A stretch of DNA of 64,000 nt from Octopus sinensis (taxonomy: Eukaryota), in NCBI RefSeq assembly GCF_006345805.1, contig NC_042997.1, positions 72,230,001 through 72,294,000 on the forward strand, read 5' to 3'. Below, piece by piece: positions 52,030-64,000 of this stretch (position 1 is its first letter; the number at the start of each line of letters is the position of its first letter). The notes below the pieces were generated by a model, which saw nothing but the letters and a program-made list of their open reading frames with translations, had not been told where the DNA came from and did no database searches. A program made the translations under genes and the position numbers.

Positions 52030-54040
52030 TTGCTATATTACAACTAGGTTTCTAAAAGTGTTGGATGTGTTGTGCAGCAGTATTTGAAGAGCAGAGGGAT
52101 GATTCAAGTTTGATGTCATTTCTGTTTCAAGATTTATAAATTCATGTCTTGTGAGTGAGGGCTGTGTAAGTCTATATGTCAAAAAACTAGGAAAGGACAG
52201 GTCATTGTGATACTCCATTCAGTTTTAGAAATGATTGTGTACGTTTGGCAATCTGACAGTTTGCCAGTCGGGGTTTCATGTTATTTAGTCCTAGGCCAGT
52301 TTTGAAGAAGCATACAATCAAAAGTATTCCAGTTTATGTGTCTCTTGTCCAGTTCTTTCTTATATTTAAGACAGTAGGAAGATTCGGGAAGTTGTGCGAC
52401 CATGTAATTGCCCCTACAGTGATTCACCAACTCCTACTTATTACGTGGAAACCAAAGGATGGGGCGGAGCTTTGGTACCTAGAATAGTGCATATAGTTTT
52501 TTTTTTCTAGTTAAAGATATCATATTTCCTGTGATAGGTTTGAGAGTAGTCTAATGATTAAGTATAATTGTCTATGAATTTGAAACTATGTTGTGGTTTG
52601 GAGCCAGAGATGTGCAGATTTATGTCAAGGATGAACCGTTTATAGAGACTATTACTCTATAGTATTTTACTGAATGTTTTGTGCTTTATGCTGAATACAG
52701 ATGCTTGCAGGTTTTGATGCCGAGTTTTATTTCTGACTAGCAGTATCGCCCGGCGTTGCTCGGGTTTGTAAGGGAAATAACTATATAAGCATTTTTAGAG
52801 AGTTACTTCCCTTATAGATGCCAATTCGGGCTTTCTTAGCCATTTCTGTTTTGGTGTCTTCAAGCCATAAAGTCGTTGTTCTAAAAGAACGCTGGTCTCC
52901 TTGACAACGCTTTACGACGTTGATTTCCTTACACTCCCTTCCCCACAGCTTCACGAGGGAAGAAGGGGGAGAAGCAAACAGGTGCAGGTGTGACCATGGA
53001 CGCCAACTCCGCCGCCATCGACACACGAAAAATTATGCATTAAAATGGAATAAAAAATGATGTTAAATTATTTTTAAAATCGTAGACTCATCGTAGACGC
53101 GCGCTAATACTCAGACGGGCTCGATATGAATCACGACTATAAGATACCCGAATTTGGTTAAACTGCACCGCAAAATGTGGGAGTAGTTAGGAATCTAAAT
53201 CAAAGGGGACAGACACTCACACAACTACAGTTTTATATATATAGATGTATGTAAGCATGCGCGCGCGTGTGGTGTTGTTCTTCAACAGGTTAAGTATTTC
53301 TGTACATATTGTAGTATCTAAGTTGATAATTTTGAAGATGAACTCTGGGAAGCTTGATTGTTTCCACTTGAAACTGGTTCTATTGAGCCTTTTTAAAATT
53401 TGTAAAAGTGTTTTTGCTTTGATCCATTATGTTTGAAGGCTTTGTGATATCAATAAGTTGACAGTCAGAAATTTTGGTAAAGTGGAAGCTAAGTGTCTCA
53501 AGCAGAAGGTGATGTCTGGAGATGTATCGTAGTTAGCTAGGTGAAGTATGTTTCCATTGTTTATGATGTAAAAAGAGTTTTCACGTAGCGTTATTGCTTC
53601 ATCTTTAGTATTTTCTAAACACCAAGTTGTGTTGTGGGCATTAAAGTCTCCCCCAATGATGGTTTTGAGCAAGTGCTAAGGTCTTGTTGTTGGAGTGTGT
53701 AACCTAGTTGAACAATCAATGAGAATGGTTGTGCAATGCAAGCTTTTTTTTATATTATTGTGCTTCGTGTTTGTTTTCATCATGAAGGCTTGTATTTCTA
53801 GTATGTTGCTATGCCATTTATGGTATCAGTGTACTGGATAACAGGATTTTAAGTATGCTACAAGGCCCCTTCCATGGAGATATGGATTATCCAGTCTTAA
53901 AGTGATGCTCACAATGCTTTAAAATGTCTTATGCTGTAGTTCTAATAATGTTTCCTGAACAAATATAGTATGAATGCTGTCTGAAGATGAAATTTAGTCC
54001 CACTAAGGTATTTTTCTAGTATTTCTATATATTTTTCTTT
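52030..54040 (-). mobile_element. Heavily deleted LINE (I/Jockey-like) with an APE endonuclease remnant
   Basis: IHTIFVQET, GRGLVAYLK, IIGGDFNAHNTTW, TSPDITF. The more 3' part is poorly legible and is interrupted by the element at 52736. Confidence 0.7.
52736..53246 (-). mobile_element. Helitron/Helentron-associated (HINE/Lep1-like) non-autonomous element
   Basis: One end ACTAGCAGTATCGCCCGGCGTTGCTCGGG (hairpin), the other end ...gacagacactcac...ttttatatatatagat. Inserted in the LINE. Confidence 0.65.
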
Positions 54041-54430
54041 TTTACAAGATATATGAAGTACTGTGATTTATTGAATATATTCTGTGCAGAACTCTAAAGC
54101 TGGAAAGAGTATCATTGCTACTGTTTCTGAAACATTATTTCATGTTAATTTTTTTTAATTGTATTTTGGAAAGCACCTCTTCAGAGACACTAAATTTCGT
54201 TTCATACAACTGTAAATTTTTCAGTATGATAAACTCACAATATTCAACCAGCATTCAAGCAGTGACCAAGCCATCTTTGCTGGACATATTATATTTAAGA
54301 TAACTTTTAAGATCTTAAGATGTTAGCACTGCTAATTACAGTAAGTTAGGTGACTGCGTAGACACACTTTCAATTACTCTTGATGGTGTTAGTACTCTTC
54401 TGTAAATAGCAATGTATTGAAATACTGAAT

Positions 54431-54456
54431 TCATTTCCTTTCAGAGTAAAAATAAT
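54431..54456 (-). CDS. Putative terminal coding exon of host gene B (D-YFYSERK*)
   Basis: tttgtttgcag acceptor; phase 1 matches the exon at 63203. AT-rich UTR-like sequence with AATAAA at 54067-54072 (minus). Confidence 0.35.
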
Positions 54457-54955
54457 CTGCAAACAAATATGCATTCTATTTCATCAGATTTATCTCTATC
54501 GTAGATATAACAATATATGTGTGCGATTTCACGATTGTATTGAGTCTTTGTTATTTCTTGATGTGTGTATTACAAACATTATCAATGAGTTCAGGATTAT
54601 CATATACTATCAGTAAGACTCTCATCTACCAGCAAGCATGAAGTGCCAAGGAAGAAACTAGCTTAGTACTTTATATTCTGAAAGTTGTCATTATTTACCA
54701 AAAATGTAATTTCAAACAAAGTGTATGTTATTGTTTTGTATTTTGGTTAAATATTTTTTCTAGGTAAATTTTACCAATAAAATCTTCAAACAAATTAAAT
54801 TAAATTCAAGGCTTTCTCTTTAATCTTAAAATGTATCCCTTAAACAGGTTGTAGGAGCAGTGTTTGATAACTTCATCATCATTATTAGTATTTCAGCTTG
54901 GATTTATGACAGAACAACTCCTTGTGATATGTATGCAAGAATAATGGAAAAGTTT

Positions 54956-55013
<58 letters not shown>

Positions 55014-55192
55014 CATCTGCCTATCTATCTATAAATAATTCCATTATCCCCACCATTTTAACATCCGCTTCTCTATTTTTATATAGATTAGATGGAAATC
55101 ATTGAGGCATATTTTCTAAGGCCAGATACCTTTTACTTGTTTCAAACCTTGCATAATGATAAGATGAAGAGGTACGAACATACACACACATA

Positions 55193-56293
55193 TAAAGGTG
55201 GGCTGAAAAGTTCATAGGCTGACTATGAAGGAGTGATGCTAGAGCTGTAAAATCTTGCATGCATTAATTTCAACCCTTCTTGTTAATAACTTTCCATAAA
55301 AACAAACATCTGATTGTTTAAAAACTTCAAAACTTACTTGTAGTGACTTCTCTTGAAAAATGGACAGAATTTGGCACTGTAGTATTTCAAGTACTGGCAT
55401 AAAAAGGGTTTAGCCTCCAAGGACATTCATGCTGACATGGTTGCTACAATAGATGATGCTCCAGCTTTATCAACAGTGCAAAAGTGGGCAGCTGAATTTG
55501 GGAGAGGAGAGTCTTGAAAACGACCCATGGTCTGGACGTCCTGCAACTGCCATCACCGAGGAAAACATTGTCTTCACTACATGGTGACGGATCACAGGCG
55601 ATTGGCTATAAATCAAATAGGCAATGTCAATAGCTTATCATGTGACAAAGTTAAGAATATTCTACACAATGAACTTGGCATGATGGGTTCATCACTTTGA
55701 GCCAGAGACAAAGAAACAATCCATGCAGTGGAAACACTCCTCACCTGCTCTAAAGAAGGCCAAGATCGTTTGACCTACAGGGAATGTGATGGTCTCAGAT
55801 TTTTGGGATGCAAAAGGCATTGTGCTTATTGACTATCTTCAAAAGGACTACACCATCAATTATGCCAACTTGCTGAGGCACTTATGAAAGATTGTCAAGA
55901 CCAAACGCCCAGGAAAATTAAAGGGGTCTTGTTTTATGAGGACAATGCTCCAGCACACAAGTCCTTGGTTTCAATGGCTGCTGTGCATGACTGTGGCTTC
56001 AGACTGGTTGATCACCTGATTTAATCCCATCTGACAATCATCTGTTCCCCAAAATAAAAAAAAAAACACTTGGCTGGGAACCAGTAATGCAATGATGCTG
56101 ACATCATATCTGCTGTTGATGACGTTTTTGAGCAACAGAATGAAAGCTTTTTTGACCAATGTGATCTAAGCACTGCAACACTAATGGGAAAAGCATACGG
56201 ACTGTAAGGAGGAGTATGTTGAAAAATAAAACTCATTTGGTCACATTCCATGAGTAATCTTGACCAGCCAATGAACTTTTCAACCAACCCTTG
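55193..56293 (+). mobile_element. Decayed mariner (DD34D) transposon
   Basis: TIRs tAAAGGTGGGCTGAAAAGTTCATAGGCTG / CAAGGGTTGGTTGAAAAGTTCATTGGCTG with TA flanks. Motifs: STVQKWAAEF, WDAKGIVLIDYLQK, FYEDNAPAHKS, EEYVEK*. Confidence 0.92.
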
Positions 56294-56305
56294 TATGTAT
56301 GTATG

Positions 56306-56337
<32 letters not shown>

Positions 56338-56474
56338 CACACAGACAGAGAGAGAGAGAGAGAGAGAGAAGAGACAGAGAGAGAGTGTGTGTGTGTGTAG
56401 TAGTTCACTTGAAGCATTGAAATATTGAAGGTTTTATTAAACTTTCCACGTTGTCAGAAGCTTTCTATTTTCTC

Positions 56475-56610
56475 ATAGGCACAACAATGTGATAAGAAGT
56501 TTGCTTCTCAACAACATGGATTCAGTTCCACTATGGCACCTTAGACAAGTGTCTTCTACTATAGTTCTAGGCTGACTAAAGGCTTGTGAGTTGATTCAGT
56601 AGGGGGAACC
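56475..56610 (+). mobile_element. SINE family A head
   Basis: gtgataagaagtttgcttc...ggcaccttagacaagtgtcttctactatag. Confidence 0.7.
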
Positions 56611-56956
56611 CATTTTATATCATCATCATCATCATCATCGGTCATTTTGCCAGTTTAGCCAATAAAAACACACACACTATATATTTGGTGTTACTTTGCT
56701 TCAGCGTTATTTATTTTTACATTAATCTTAATCTTATTTTGGCCAGAGTTCTTTCGTCACACTTCTGTGGCCTCATCAGTGGTCCTTTGCTTTCTTATTT
56801 GTGTCTCTCCTTACTAACGGTCAGCCATTTTGTATTTTGTATTCCTATTGTATGTGTCTTCATTTGCACATGCATATACCTCTATGTGTGTCTATGTTTA
56901 GTTAGTGTGGGGGGGGAGTGCCTATAATATTTGTTTTGTTTACATTGTTACCAGTC

Positions 56957-57481
56957 AACACCATCCCTAGAGGCGAACTGGTGTACCGCTTTAGAAGGGC
57001 CCTAGACAAACTTAAGCTAAGGATTAAGGTTGTTGAAAGGCCAGGCAACCCTATCAAATCCCTAATCGGTAGAATCTACCCTTTTAGTAGAACCCCCTGT
57101 ACGGATAGGAATTGTACTGTGTGTAGATTTAGCCCACAAACAAACTGTAAAGCCAGAAATGTTGTCTATAGTATAAGATGTATAGAGGGACAATGTAGTA
57201 ACAAGACAACGACATACGTAGGAGAAATGGCATAGAGCATAGGAGAGAGGGTAAATGAACATTGGAGAGAACTTAAGGAAGAAAAGAGCTCATCGGTTCT
57301 GTACCAACATGCCAAGCAGGAACACGGGGGCTCACTCAACAACATAGAAGTTAAAATCTTGTCCACACATAGAACAGACGCAACAATCAGACAAATTACA
57401 GAAGCTACACACATAATAGAAGATAAACCTAGCTTGAATAGGAAACTGGAATGGAACACTAGCACACACCACAGCATATGA
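56957..57481 (+). pseudogene. Penelope GIY-YIG endonuclease C-terminus with one in-frame stop
   Basis: CTDRNCTVC..NCKARNVVYSIRC..YVGEMA*SIGERVNEH..LYQH..EATHIIEDKPSLN; the frame stays open on both sides of the TAG. Confidence 0.9.
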
Positions 57482-57852
57482 CAGAAGAAGATCCCCATAA
57501 ACTGGTAACAATATAAACAAAACTAAAAACATAATAAAATACACAGATAAATAAACAAATGGAAGTAAATAACTATATACATTAAAAAAAATTAACTAAA
57601 TACAACAAAAAAATAAGGTGTAAGCACATGAACAAAATAAAAGTAAACAAAAACAAATTACATGAATGTATATAAACAGGAGATACAAATATTAAAGGCA
57701 CTCCCCCCACACACACACACTAACTAAACAGACACATATAGAGGTATACGCATGCGCAAATGAAGACACATACAATAGGAATACAAAATACAAAATGGAT
57801 GACCGTTAGTAAGGAGAGACACACAAATAAGAAAGAAGAAAGCAAAGGACCA

Positions 57853-57895
57853 CTGATGAGGTCACAGAAGTGTAACGAAAGAACTCTGGCCGAAA
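57853..57895 (+). ncRNA. Partial hammerhead-like motif (mirrored at 56737-56779 on minus)
   Basis: CTGATGA-GGTCA..TGGCC-GAAA; stems I and III cannot be completed. Confidence 0.3.
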
Positions 57896-58147
57896 TAAAA
57901 TTAAGATTAATGTAAAAATAAATAACGCTGAAGCAAAGTAACACCAAATATATAGTGCATGTGTTTTTATTGGCTAAACTAGCAAAATGAGCATTCCTAA
58001 ATACAACAATATCTGTTTCAACACACGATTTCACATCAAAAATCTTGCAAAACAAATATATAAACGTATATATATATAAAAGAATTTTTTGCGTAATGAG
58101 ATAAAAAAACAAGGCTGTGTAGATATTAGAATATTTATAGATAGAAG

Positions 58148-58199
58148 GTCTTACAGCTGTTTCCAGGATATTTATCAATTATATCCCTTCATCGGAGAC
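58148..58199 (-). ncRNA. Minimal type I hammerhead motif
   Basis: GTCT-CCGATGA-AGGGATAT..ATATCCTG-GAAA-CAGCTG-TA-AGAC. Confidence 0.65.
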
Positions 58200-58408
58200 G
58201 GTGTGAGAGGATGGTTAAGTAATAGTTAATTTAGATAGGATACAAATAGAGAGTGAAGTGGAGGAAAGAAAATAGATGTGAGATATGTAGGGATATTTTG
58301 GATCTACATATTCAATATCCCTACATATCTCACATCTATTTTCTTTCCTCTACCTCTCTATTTTGTATCCTATCTAAATTAACTATGACTTAACCATCCT
58401 CTCACACC

Positions 58409-58460
58409 ATCTCCAATGAAGGGATATAATTAATAAATATCCTAGAAACAGCTGTAAGAT
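58409..58460 (+). ncRNA. Minimal type I hammerhead motif (core mutated)
   Basis: ATCT-CCAATGA-AGGGATAT..ATATCCTA-GAAA-CAGCTG-TA-AGAT. Confidence 0.55.
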
Positions 58461-58687
58461 CTTCTATCTATAAATGTTCTAATATCTACACAGCCTTGGT
58501 TTTATATTGCATTATATAAAAAATTCTTATATAGATATGCTGACATATGACCAACATTGAACACCTTATTCACAAAATCACTGAACCTAGAATTTAATTA
58601 TGGTCTGTCTATAGCACTTATTCAGCATTACCTGACACCTTTGGGTCTCAATGACACCATTACCTCTTATAACCTCAATTTCTCTAG

Positions 58688-58744
<57 letters not shown>

Positions 58745-58825
58745 CATATGTAAATATATATTCATATATGCCTTAACATTGTGTGATAATTGTGCGTTCT
58801 CTTTCCAATCTTCTATGTATGTATG

Positions 58826-58861
<36 letters not shown>

Positions 58862-58871
<10 letters not shown>

Positions 58872-60432
58872 TGAGAATGTGTGTCTGTCTGTGTTTCCCT
58901 AAAACTTGAGAACTACACAACCAATTTCATTCAAATTTTACACATGCCTTACTTAGGGTCCGGGGAGTGTCTTCGACAAAAAAAATGTTCAACTTCTTGC
59001 CTAGGGCGAGCCCATAGTAATATCATATCTTCTCCACTATTTCAGTATTACATGTTAAAGTGAAACAAAAACATTTCTCTATTTTATGTCAGATACTTTC
59101 ACTTTAACAATAAAAATTAGAGATAATAACACTTGAATTATATGTAGTAAGTAATAATTAAAATCAAACTAAAGTATAATATAATAATTAAATCGTAACA
59201 TAACAAAAGTAAAAATTGGTATAAAATTGCATGAATGACTTGAACTTGAATAAGTGGTTTCACATGAATGGGAATAAATTAAAAATAAAATTAGTGTGCA
59301 GAAATGGAATAGTCCAGATGGAGCTGTGTACATACCCTTTACCACGGCTTTTACATTAGATTATCTGCTAATTAGCTAGCATTAAGTATCTATATGAAGT
59401 TTGGCTGTATGTAATGTCTGTTTTCTCGAACAGCCACTTCTACTGAGTACTGCTGTTGGTTTATTTCTTATACATAAAGGACTATAGCTTCAACTGCGTA
59501 CTGCTTTTTTATTCACCGTAAGGTTTGTTGTTATTATTATTACTGTTTAACTATTGTTATCACGTTTGTTGGTTCCTCGTGAGGGAAACGTTGTTGTGTA
59601 GCATTTGTTAAATAATTGTAAACCGTAACCCTCCCCCTTTCAGAGGAGCTTTGGTTATTGTTTAAAAATTGAATTGTGTCCCTGTTTGGGGAAATTGACA
59701 ATATTTTCACCGTTTATATGGAAGCATCTTTCTTAAAATGCCTTCGATAGAAGAAAGTCCAAAAATGAATTTCGCTGCAGGATCAAACTCATTAAAATTA
59801 AAATGCAAGAAATACAAACCTATTTCGGATTGATCACCGACAAAGACGGTGAATCTAAGATAACACCACCAAATGAAATAAAAAATTAAATTAAAGAAAA
59901 GACTATTGTCTATAAAGTATACAATGTAGAGAAGAAAAAAAAATTTGAACACCTGGAGGAAAGCACTATCGAAAAGTGTCTTGGTGCAACTATGAAAGAT
60001 ATCAAGTATATAACCAGAGGCGGTAAATTCGCCACAACAGAAGCAAGGTTCCTGTCAACGGAGCATGCAAGGGAGTACTCAACTCGACCCTTGCAAAGTA
60101 TAAATATTTTATTTTTACCTGTTTATCTGGGACATAGGACATCCCGGATAAAAATTTAAAATGTACCCCCAGAAGTAGAGGTAGGCTGGATTGTAGCCAC
60201 ACTTCTATACAAGAGGGAGGACAAGATACAATTGATTGAAATTACAAGAGACGGGCCTACAATTCCAGTCTGTTATATATTTTGAGTATTGTTATCACTA
60301 GCGATATTAAGATATAACTTTGTATTTTGTATTTTATGTGTAGATGTATATATATTGAAGTACATGTAATATGTACATATATATACATGCACTAGCACTA
60401 TGACCCGGCAATGACGGGTCATAATGCTAGTG
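58862..60432 (+). mobile_element. Helitron/HINE-like element, possibly containing internal insertions
   Basis: Starts after (TA)n with ataaaactgagaatgtgtgtctgtctg and ccaatttcattcaaattttacac. A candidate end hairpin ACTAGCACTATGACCCG..CGGGTCATAATGCTAGT lies at 60391-60431. That both ends belong to one element is inferred. Confidence 0.45.
59900..60270 (+). mobile_element. Possible L1/Tx1 ORF1 remnant
   Basis: KTIVYKVYNV..STIEKCLG..IKYITRGGKFATTEARF..LPVYLGHRTSRIKI*NVPPEV; resemblance is recalled, not searched. Confidence 0.4.
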
Positions 60433-60481
60433 TATATATATTCTTTTACTTGCTTCATAATATATATATATATATATATAT

Positions 60482-61502
60482 CATCATCATCGTTTAACGT
60501 CCGCTTTCCATGCTAGCATGGGTTGGACGGTTCAACTGGGGTCTGGGGAGCCCGAAGGCTGCACCAGGCCAGTCAGATCTGGCAGTGTTTCTACAGCTGG
60601 ATGCCCTTCCTAACGCCAACCACTCCGAGAGTGTAGTGGGTGATTTTATGTGCCACCGACACAGGTGCCAGACGAGGCTGGCAGACGGTCACGCTCGAAT
60701 GGTGTTTTTTATGTGCCACCGACACAGGTGCCAGACGAGGCTGGCAGACGGTCACGCTCGAATGGTGTTTTTTATGTGCCACCGGCACTGGTACCACAAG
60801 GATATAAATTCCATTGATGTTCATCTATTTGATTTGATTTGACTTTCACTTGCCTCAACAGGTCTTCACAAGTATCACAAGCAGGAAGGTATGCACAGGT
60901 GGACTGACTACGTCCCAGGTAGGGGCCATGGGTTATGGCTTCACTAGTCTTGCCGGGTCTTCTCACGCACAGCATACTTCCATAGGTCTCAGTCTCTAGT
61001 CATTTCCATGGTGAGACCTAACGTTCGAAGGTCGTGCTTCACCACCTCGTCCCAGGTTTTCCTGGGTCTACCTCTTCCACGGGTTCCCTCAACTGCTAGG
61101 GATTGGCACTTTCTCACACACCTATCTTCATCCATTCTCGCCACATGACCATACCAGCGCAATCGTCTCTCTTGCACACAACAACTGATGCTTCTTAGGT
61201 ACAACATTTCTCTCAAGGAACTAACGCTCTGTCGAGTAAGTACACTGACATTACACATCCATCGGAGCATACTGGCTTCATTCCTCATGAGCTTACGCAT
61301 GTCCTCAGCAGTCACGACCCATGTTTCACTGCCATGTAGCATGGCAGTTCGTATACATGCATCATACAGTCTGCCTTTTACTCTGAGCGAGAGGCCTTTA
61401 GTCGCCAGCAGAGGTAAGAGCTCCCTAAACTTTGCCCAGGTTATTCTTATTCTAGCAGTTACACTCTCAGCGCACCCACCCCCACTACTGACTTGGTCAC
61501 CT
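60482..61502 (-). mobile_element. RTE-clade LINE 3' end with 3' UTR and (GAT)n tail
   Basis: MLHGSETW..RRLRWYGHVARMDEDRCV..VEGTRGRGRPRKTWDEVV; the UTR matches 63915-64000. Confidence 0.95.
60644..60784. repeat. 63-bp tandem duplication inside the RTE 3' UTR
   Basis: The unit start ttttatgtgccacc occurs at 60644, 60707 and 60770. Confidence 0.92.
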
Positions 61503-61524
61503 ATATATATATATATATATATAC

Positions 61525-61870
61525 TTTTGTTTCAGTCATTTGACTGAGGCCATGCCGGAGCACTGCCTTGAACGGCCTTAGTCAAACGAACTGACTCCAG
61601 GACTTTTTTTAAGCCTAGTACTTATCCTATCAGACTCTTTTGCTGAACTGCTAAGTTACATGGACGTAAATACACCAATACCAGTTGTCAAGCAGTGATG
61701 GGGGTGGGGGGCAAGCACAGATACAGACATAGATATGTACATATATATATAGGATGAGCTCCATTCAATTTCCATCTACCCAAAGCTGTAGGAGAAGACA
61801 CTTATCCAAGCTGCCACACAGTGGGACTGAATCCAGAACCATATGGTCGGGAAGCAAGCTTCTTACTACA
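61525..61870 (-). mobile_element. SINE family A
   Basis: Reverse complement of the family consensus. Confidence 0.82.
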
Positions 61871-62122
61871 CACATGTCAAGCTTCTGTTCAAACTAAATC
61901 CAGTTTCAATTTTCAAACTAAATCCATTTCAGTTTTCATAACACTAAATCTTGTAGGTCTGGGAAGATAAATCTTCCTGCCCTGACAATACTGAACTAGT
62001 ACATTCTCAAAAAAGGGGATGTGAAAGAGTTTTCAAAATTTCCAAGTTATATCCACATTATGTTTAAACTGGTTTGGTTCTGATTTTCACCAAGTGACCT
62101 ACTCCAGTATGTGTATATAAGT

Positions 62123-62280
62123 GCAGGTGTGGCAGTCTGGCAAGAAACTTGCTTCCCAACTACATGGTTTCAAGTCTAGTCCCACTGTATGGCATCTTGG
62201 GCAAGTATATTCTACTATAGCCTCAGGCCAGCTTAAACCTTGAGTGGATTTGGTAGATGGAAACTGAAAGAAATTTGTCT

Positions 62281-62317
<37 letters not shown>

Positions 62318-62533
62318 ATGCGCATGTTAGTTGGTCTCCAACAACCATTTGACAACTGGTGTTGGTGTTTACGTTTCCATAATCTAGTGGTTCAGCAAAA
62401 GAGACCAATAGAATAAGTACCAGGCTTAAGAAAAAGAAAATACTGGGGTCAATTCATTCGACTAAAATTTCTTGAAAGCGGTGCCCCAGCATGGCCACAG
62501 CCTAATGACTGAAACAAGTAAAAGATAAAAGAT
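62123..62533 (+). mobile_element. SINE family A
   Basis: Head, (TG)n and tail are present. Confidence 0.85.
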
Positions 62534-63012
62534 AGTAACCAGATTGGTTTTGAACTCACTTCATTTATTTCTAAAGTAAATATGTGCATACATCAGTGTC
62601 CTACTGGATAAGAAAATCATTGCTTTCAGTTTAGAAATATAGATTCTTAGTTCTAATCCAGTTTTCTAGAATGTACACATCTAGAAACAAATAACTTGAC
62701 AATAATTAGAAGTCAAGAGCAATAGAAAAGTACCATAAATGCAAACTGAAAAATGTTTCAAAACATAAAATTATAACAGTCCAAAATATTACCATCTTAT
62801 TTACACAAATTGCCTCAGATGTTTAGACAACTAATACCTAAAAATCATTAAATTTTTTTTTTTAAATATAAGCTTTAAGTTTATTTTTTGATGTCATTTA
62901 TTTATTATCAATACATTTGTACATTGAAGCAATCAATATAAGAGTTGCAAAAGGAATTTTAAAATAGAAAGTATTCAGGAAAATTATATATTAAATTAGA
63001 TAAAAATATGAA

Positions 63013-63045
<33 letters not shown>

Positions 63046-63202
63046 TTAAATGATTATTTAAGATGATCTTCCAAAAATTTTTGAAAATTGCACCTTCAAA
63101 ATTTTTCAATTATCTCAACCTATGCTGACACACCATCTTCAGAATTGTCTTGATTGCAATAGAAACCTACCAAGCTATCAATTTCATATCTGGGACACTC
63201 AC

Positions 63203-63335
63203 CTCTACCACTAGCAGCACCAGCACTACTAGTGCTGGCCCCGATACTACTTGGACTGGTAGAAGATAATACAAGTGCTTCACCCAAACGGGCAAAATTT
63301 GGTTTTTCTTCTTTCCTTCTGTCTTCTGCATCACT
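63203..63335 (-). CDS. Exon of unidentified host gene B (SDAEDRRKEEKPNFARLGEALVLSSTSPSSIGASTSSAGAASGR)
   Basis: Polypyrimidine tract plus aaag acceptor and GAG|GTGAGT donor. 133 nt, open, phase 0 to 1, more GC-rich than its surroundings. Confidence 0.7.
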
Positions 63336-63810
63336 CTTTAAAAAGAGGAAAAAGGAAAATTCAATTAGAGAGTACAAAAAATATAAGAAAGAAAAAAAAC
63401 AAGAAAGAATAAACAAATGTAATAAAAAAAACAAAAACAAAAAAAACCCTCAAGAGATCCAAAATGGAAATTGCTTAAACCTTCAGTTTTCAGATTACTC
63501 TGTCAATGTAATGCTTATTTATTTACATCACTTTGAATTAATCATTCATTATCTCAAAGCTTTTAAAATTTCAGTGATGAGTGCTTAATACAACAATGAC
63601 ACTGAAAGTGAGGTGTGAGAGACCAGATATAGACAGTTTGAAGTAACAATTAACAATATTAAATAGTGACTGTCATAAAAAAAAAAAAAAATTTTAATGA
63701 TTTCATGAAAACATTGTTGATCATTGTAAAATTTGATATTCTTAGACTTTCAACCTTTCCTGGAACAAAAAGAGGCAAAAAAGCAATAGAGAGGAAATGA
63801 AGTCTTTCTT

Positions 63811-63870
<60 letters not shown>

Positions 63871-63914
63871 ATATAATGTGTGTGTATAATATAACACACA
63901 CATATATATATATA

Positions 63915-64000
63915 CTAAACTCACGGAGTGGTTGGCGTTAGGAATGGCATCCAGCAGTACAAACACTGCCAGATCAGACTGGGGCCTGGTGCAGCCTCCT
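63915..64000 (+). mobile_element. RTE 3' UTR fragment (runs off the window)
   Basis: Reverse complement of about 60555-60630. Confidence 0.85.

Larger units (their letters stand above)
56642..57990 (+). mobile_element. 5'-truncated Penelope-like element with an inverted terminal repeat
   Basis: 56642-56933 is the reverse complement of 57686-57990 and flanks a GIY-YIG remnant. Confidence 0.9.
58074..58532. repeat. Fold-back palindrome of a Penelope pLTR (arms to 58297 and from 58314, 16-nt spacer)
   Basis: Arms are reverse complements with moderate divergence; each carries a hammerhead motif. Confidence 0.93.

Noticed and set aside
63232-63588. 118-aa + strand ORF
   Set aside because: It is the antisense of the minus-strand exon plus A-rich intron; splice signals favour the minus strand.

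Overview
This is AT-rich, microsatellite-dense eukaryotic (animal) DNA. The SINE and LINE families resemble octopus (cephalopod) repeats; this comes from recalled repeat knowledge, not a search. No rRNA, bona fide tRNA, CRISPR array or prokaryotic operon is present, and most ORFs in the six-frame track are microsatellite artefacts. The window is mostly decayed transposons. Retroelements: Penelope-like elements (a near full-length RT + GIY-YIG copy at about 8.2-11.2 kb, GIY-YIG remnants at 34.6 and 57 kb, and many pseudo-LTR pieces), LINE fragments (CR1-like, L1/Tx1-like, R4/Dong-like, I/Jockey-like, RTE), a putative LTR end with primer-binding site, and two abundant SINE families. DNA transposons: four Tc1/mariner elements, two Chapaev3-like elements, a hAT MITE and Helitron/HINE-like elements. 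Two unidentified host genes are visible as splice-bounded exons pointing toward each other: + strand at 1.4-5.1 kb and - strand at 54-63 kb. The most striking pattern is a set of minimal hammerhead-ribozyme-like motifs from several distinct Penelope-type terminal repeats. Several carry a CCGAnGA core instead of CTGAnGA. They occur in or near long fold-back palindromes, three of which have 16-nt spacers, and most sit beside (TA)n tracts. All coordinates were read by eye and may be off by a few bases.
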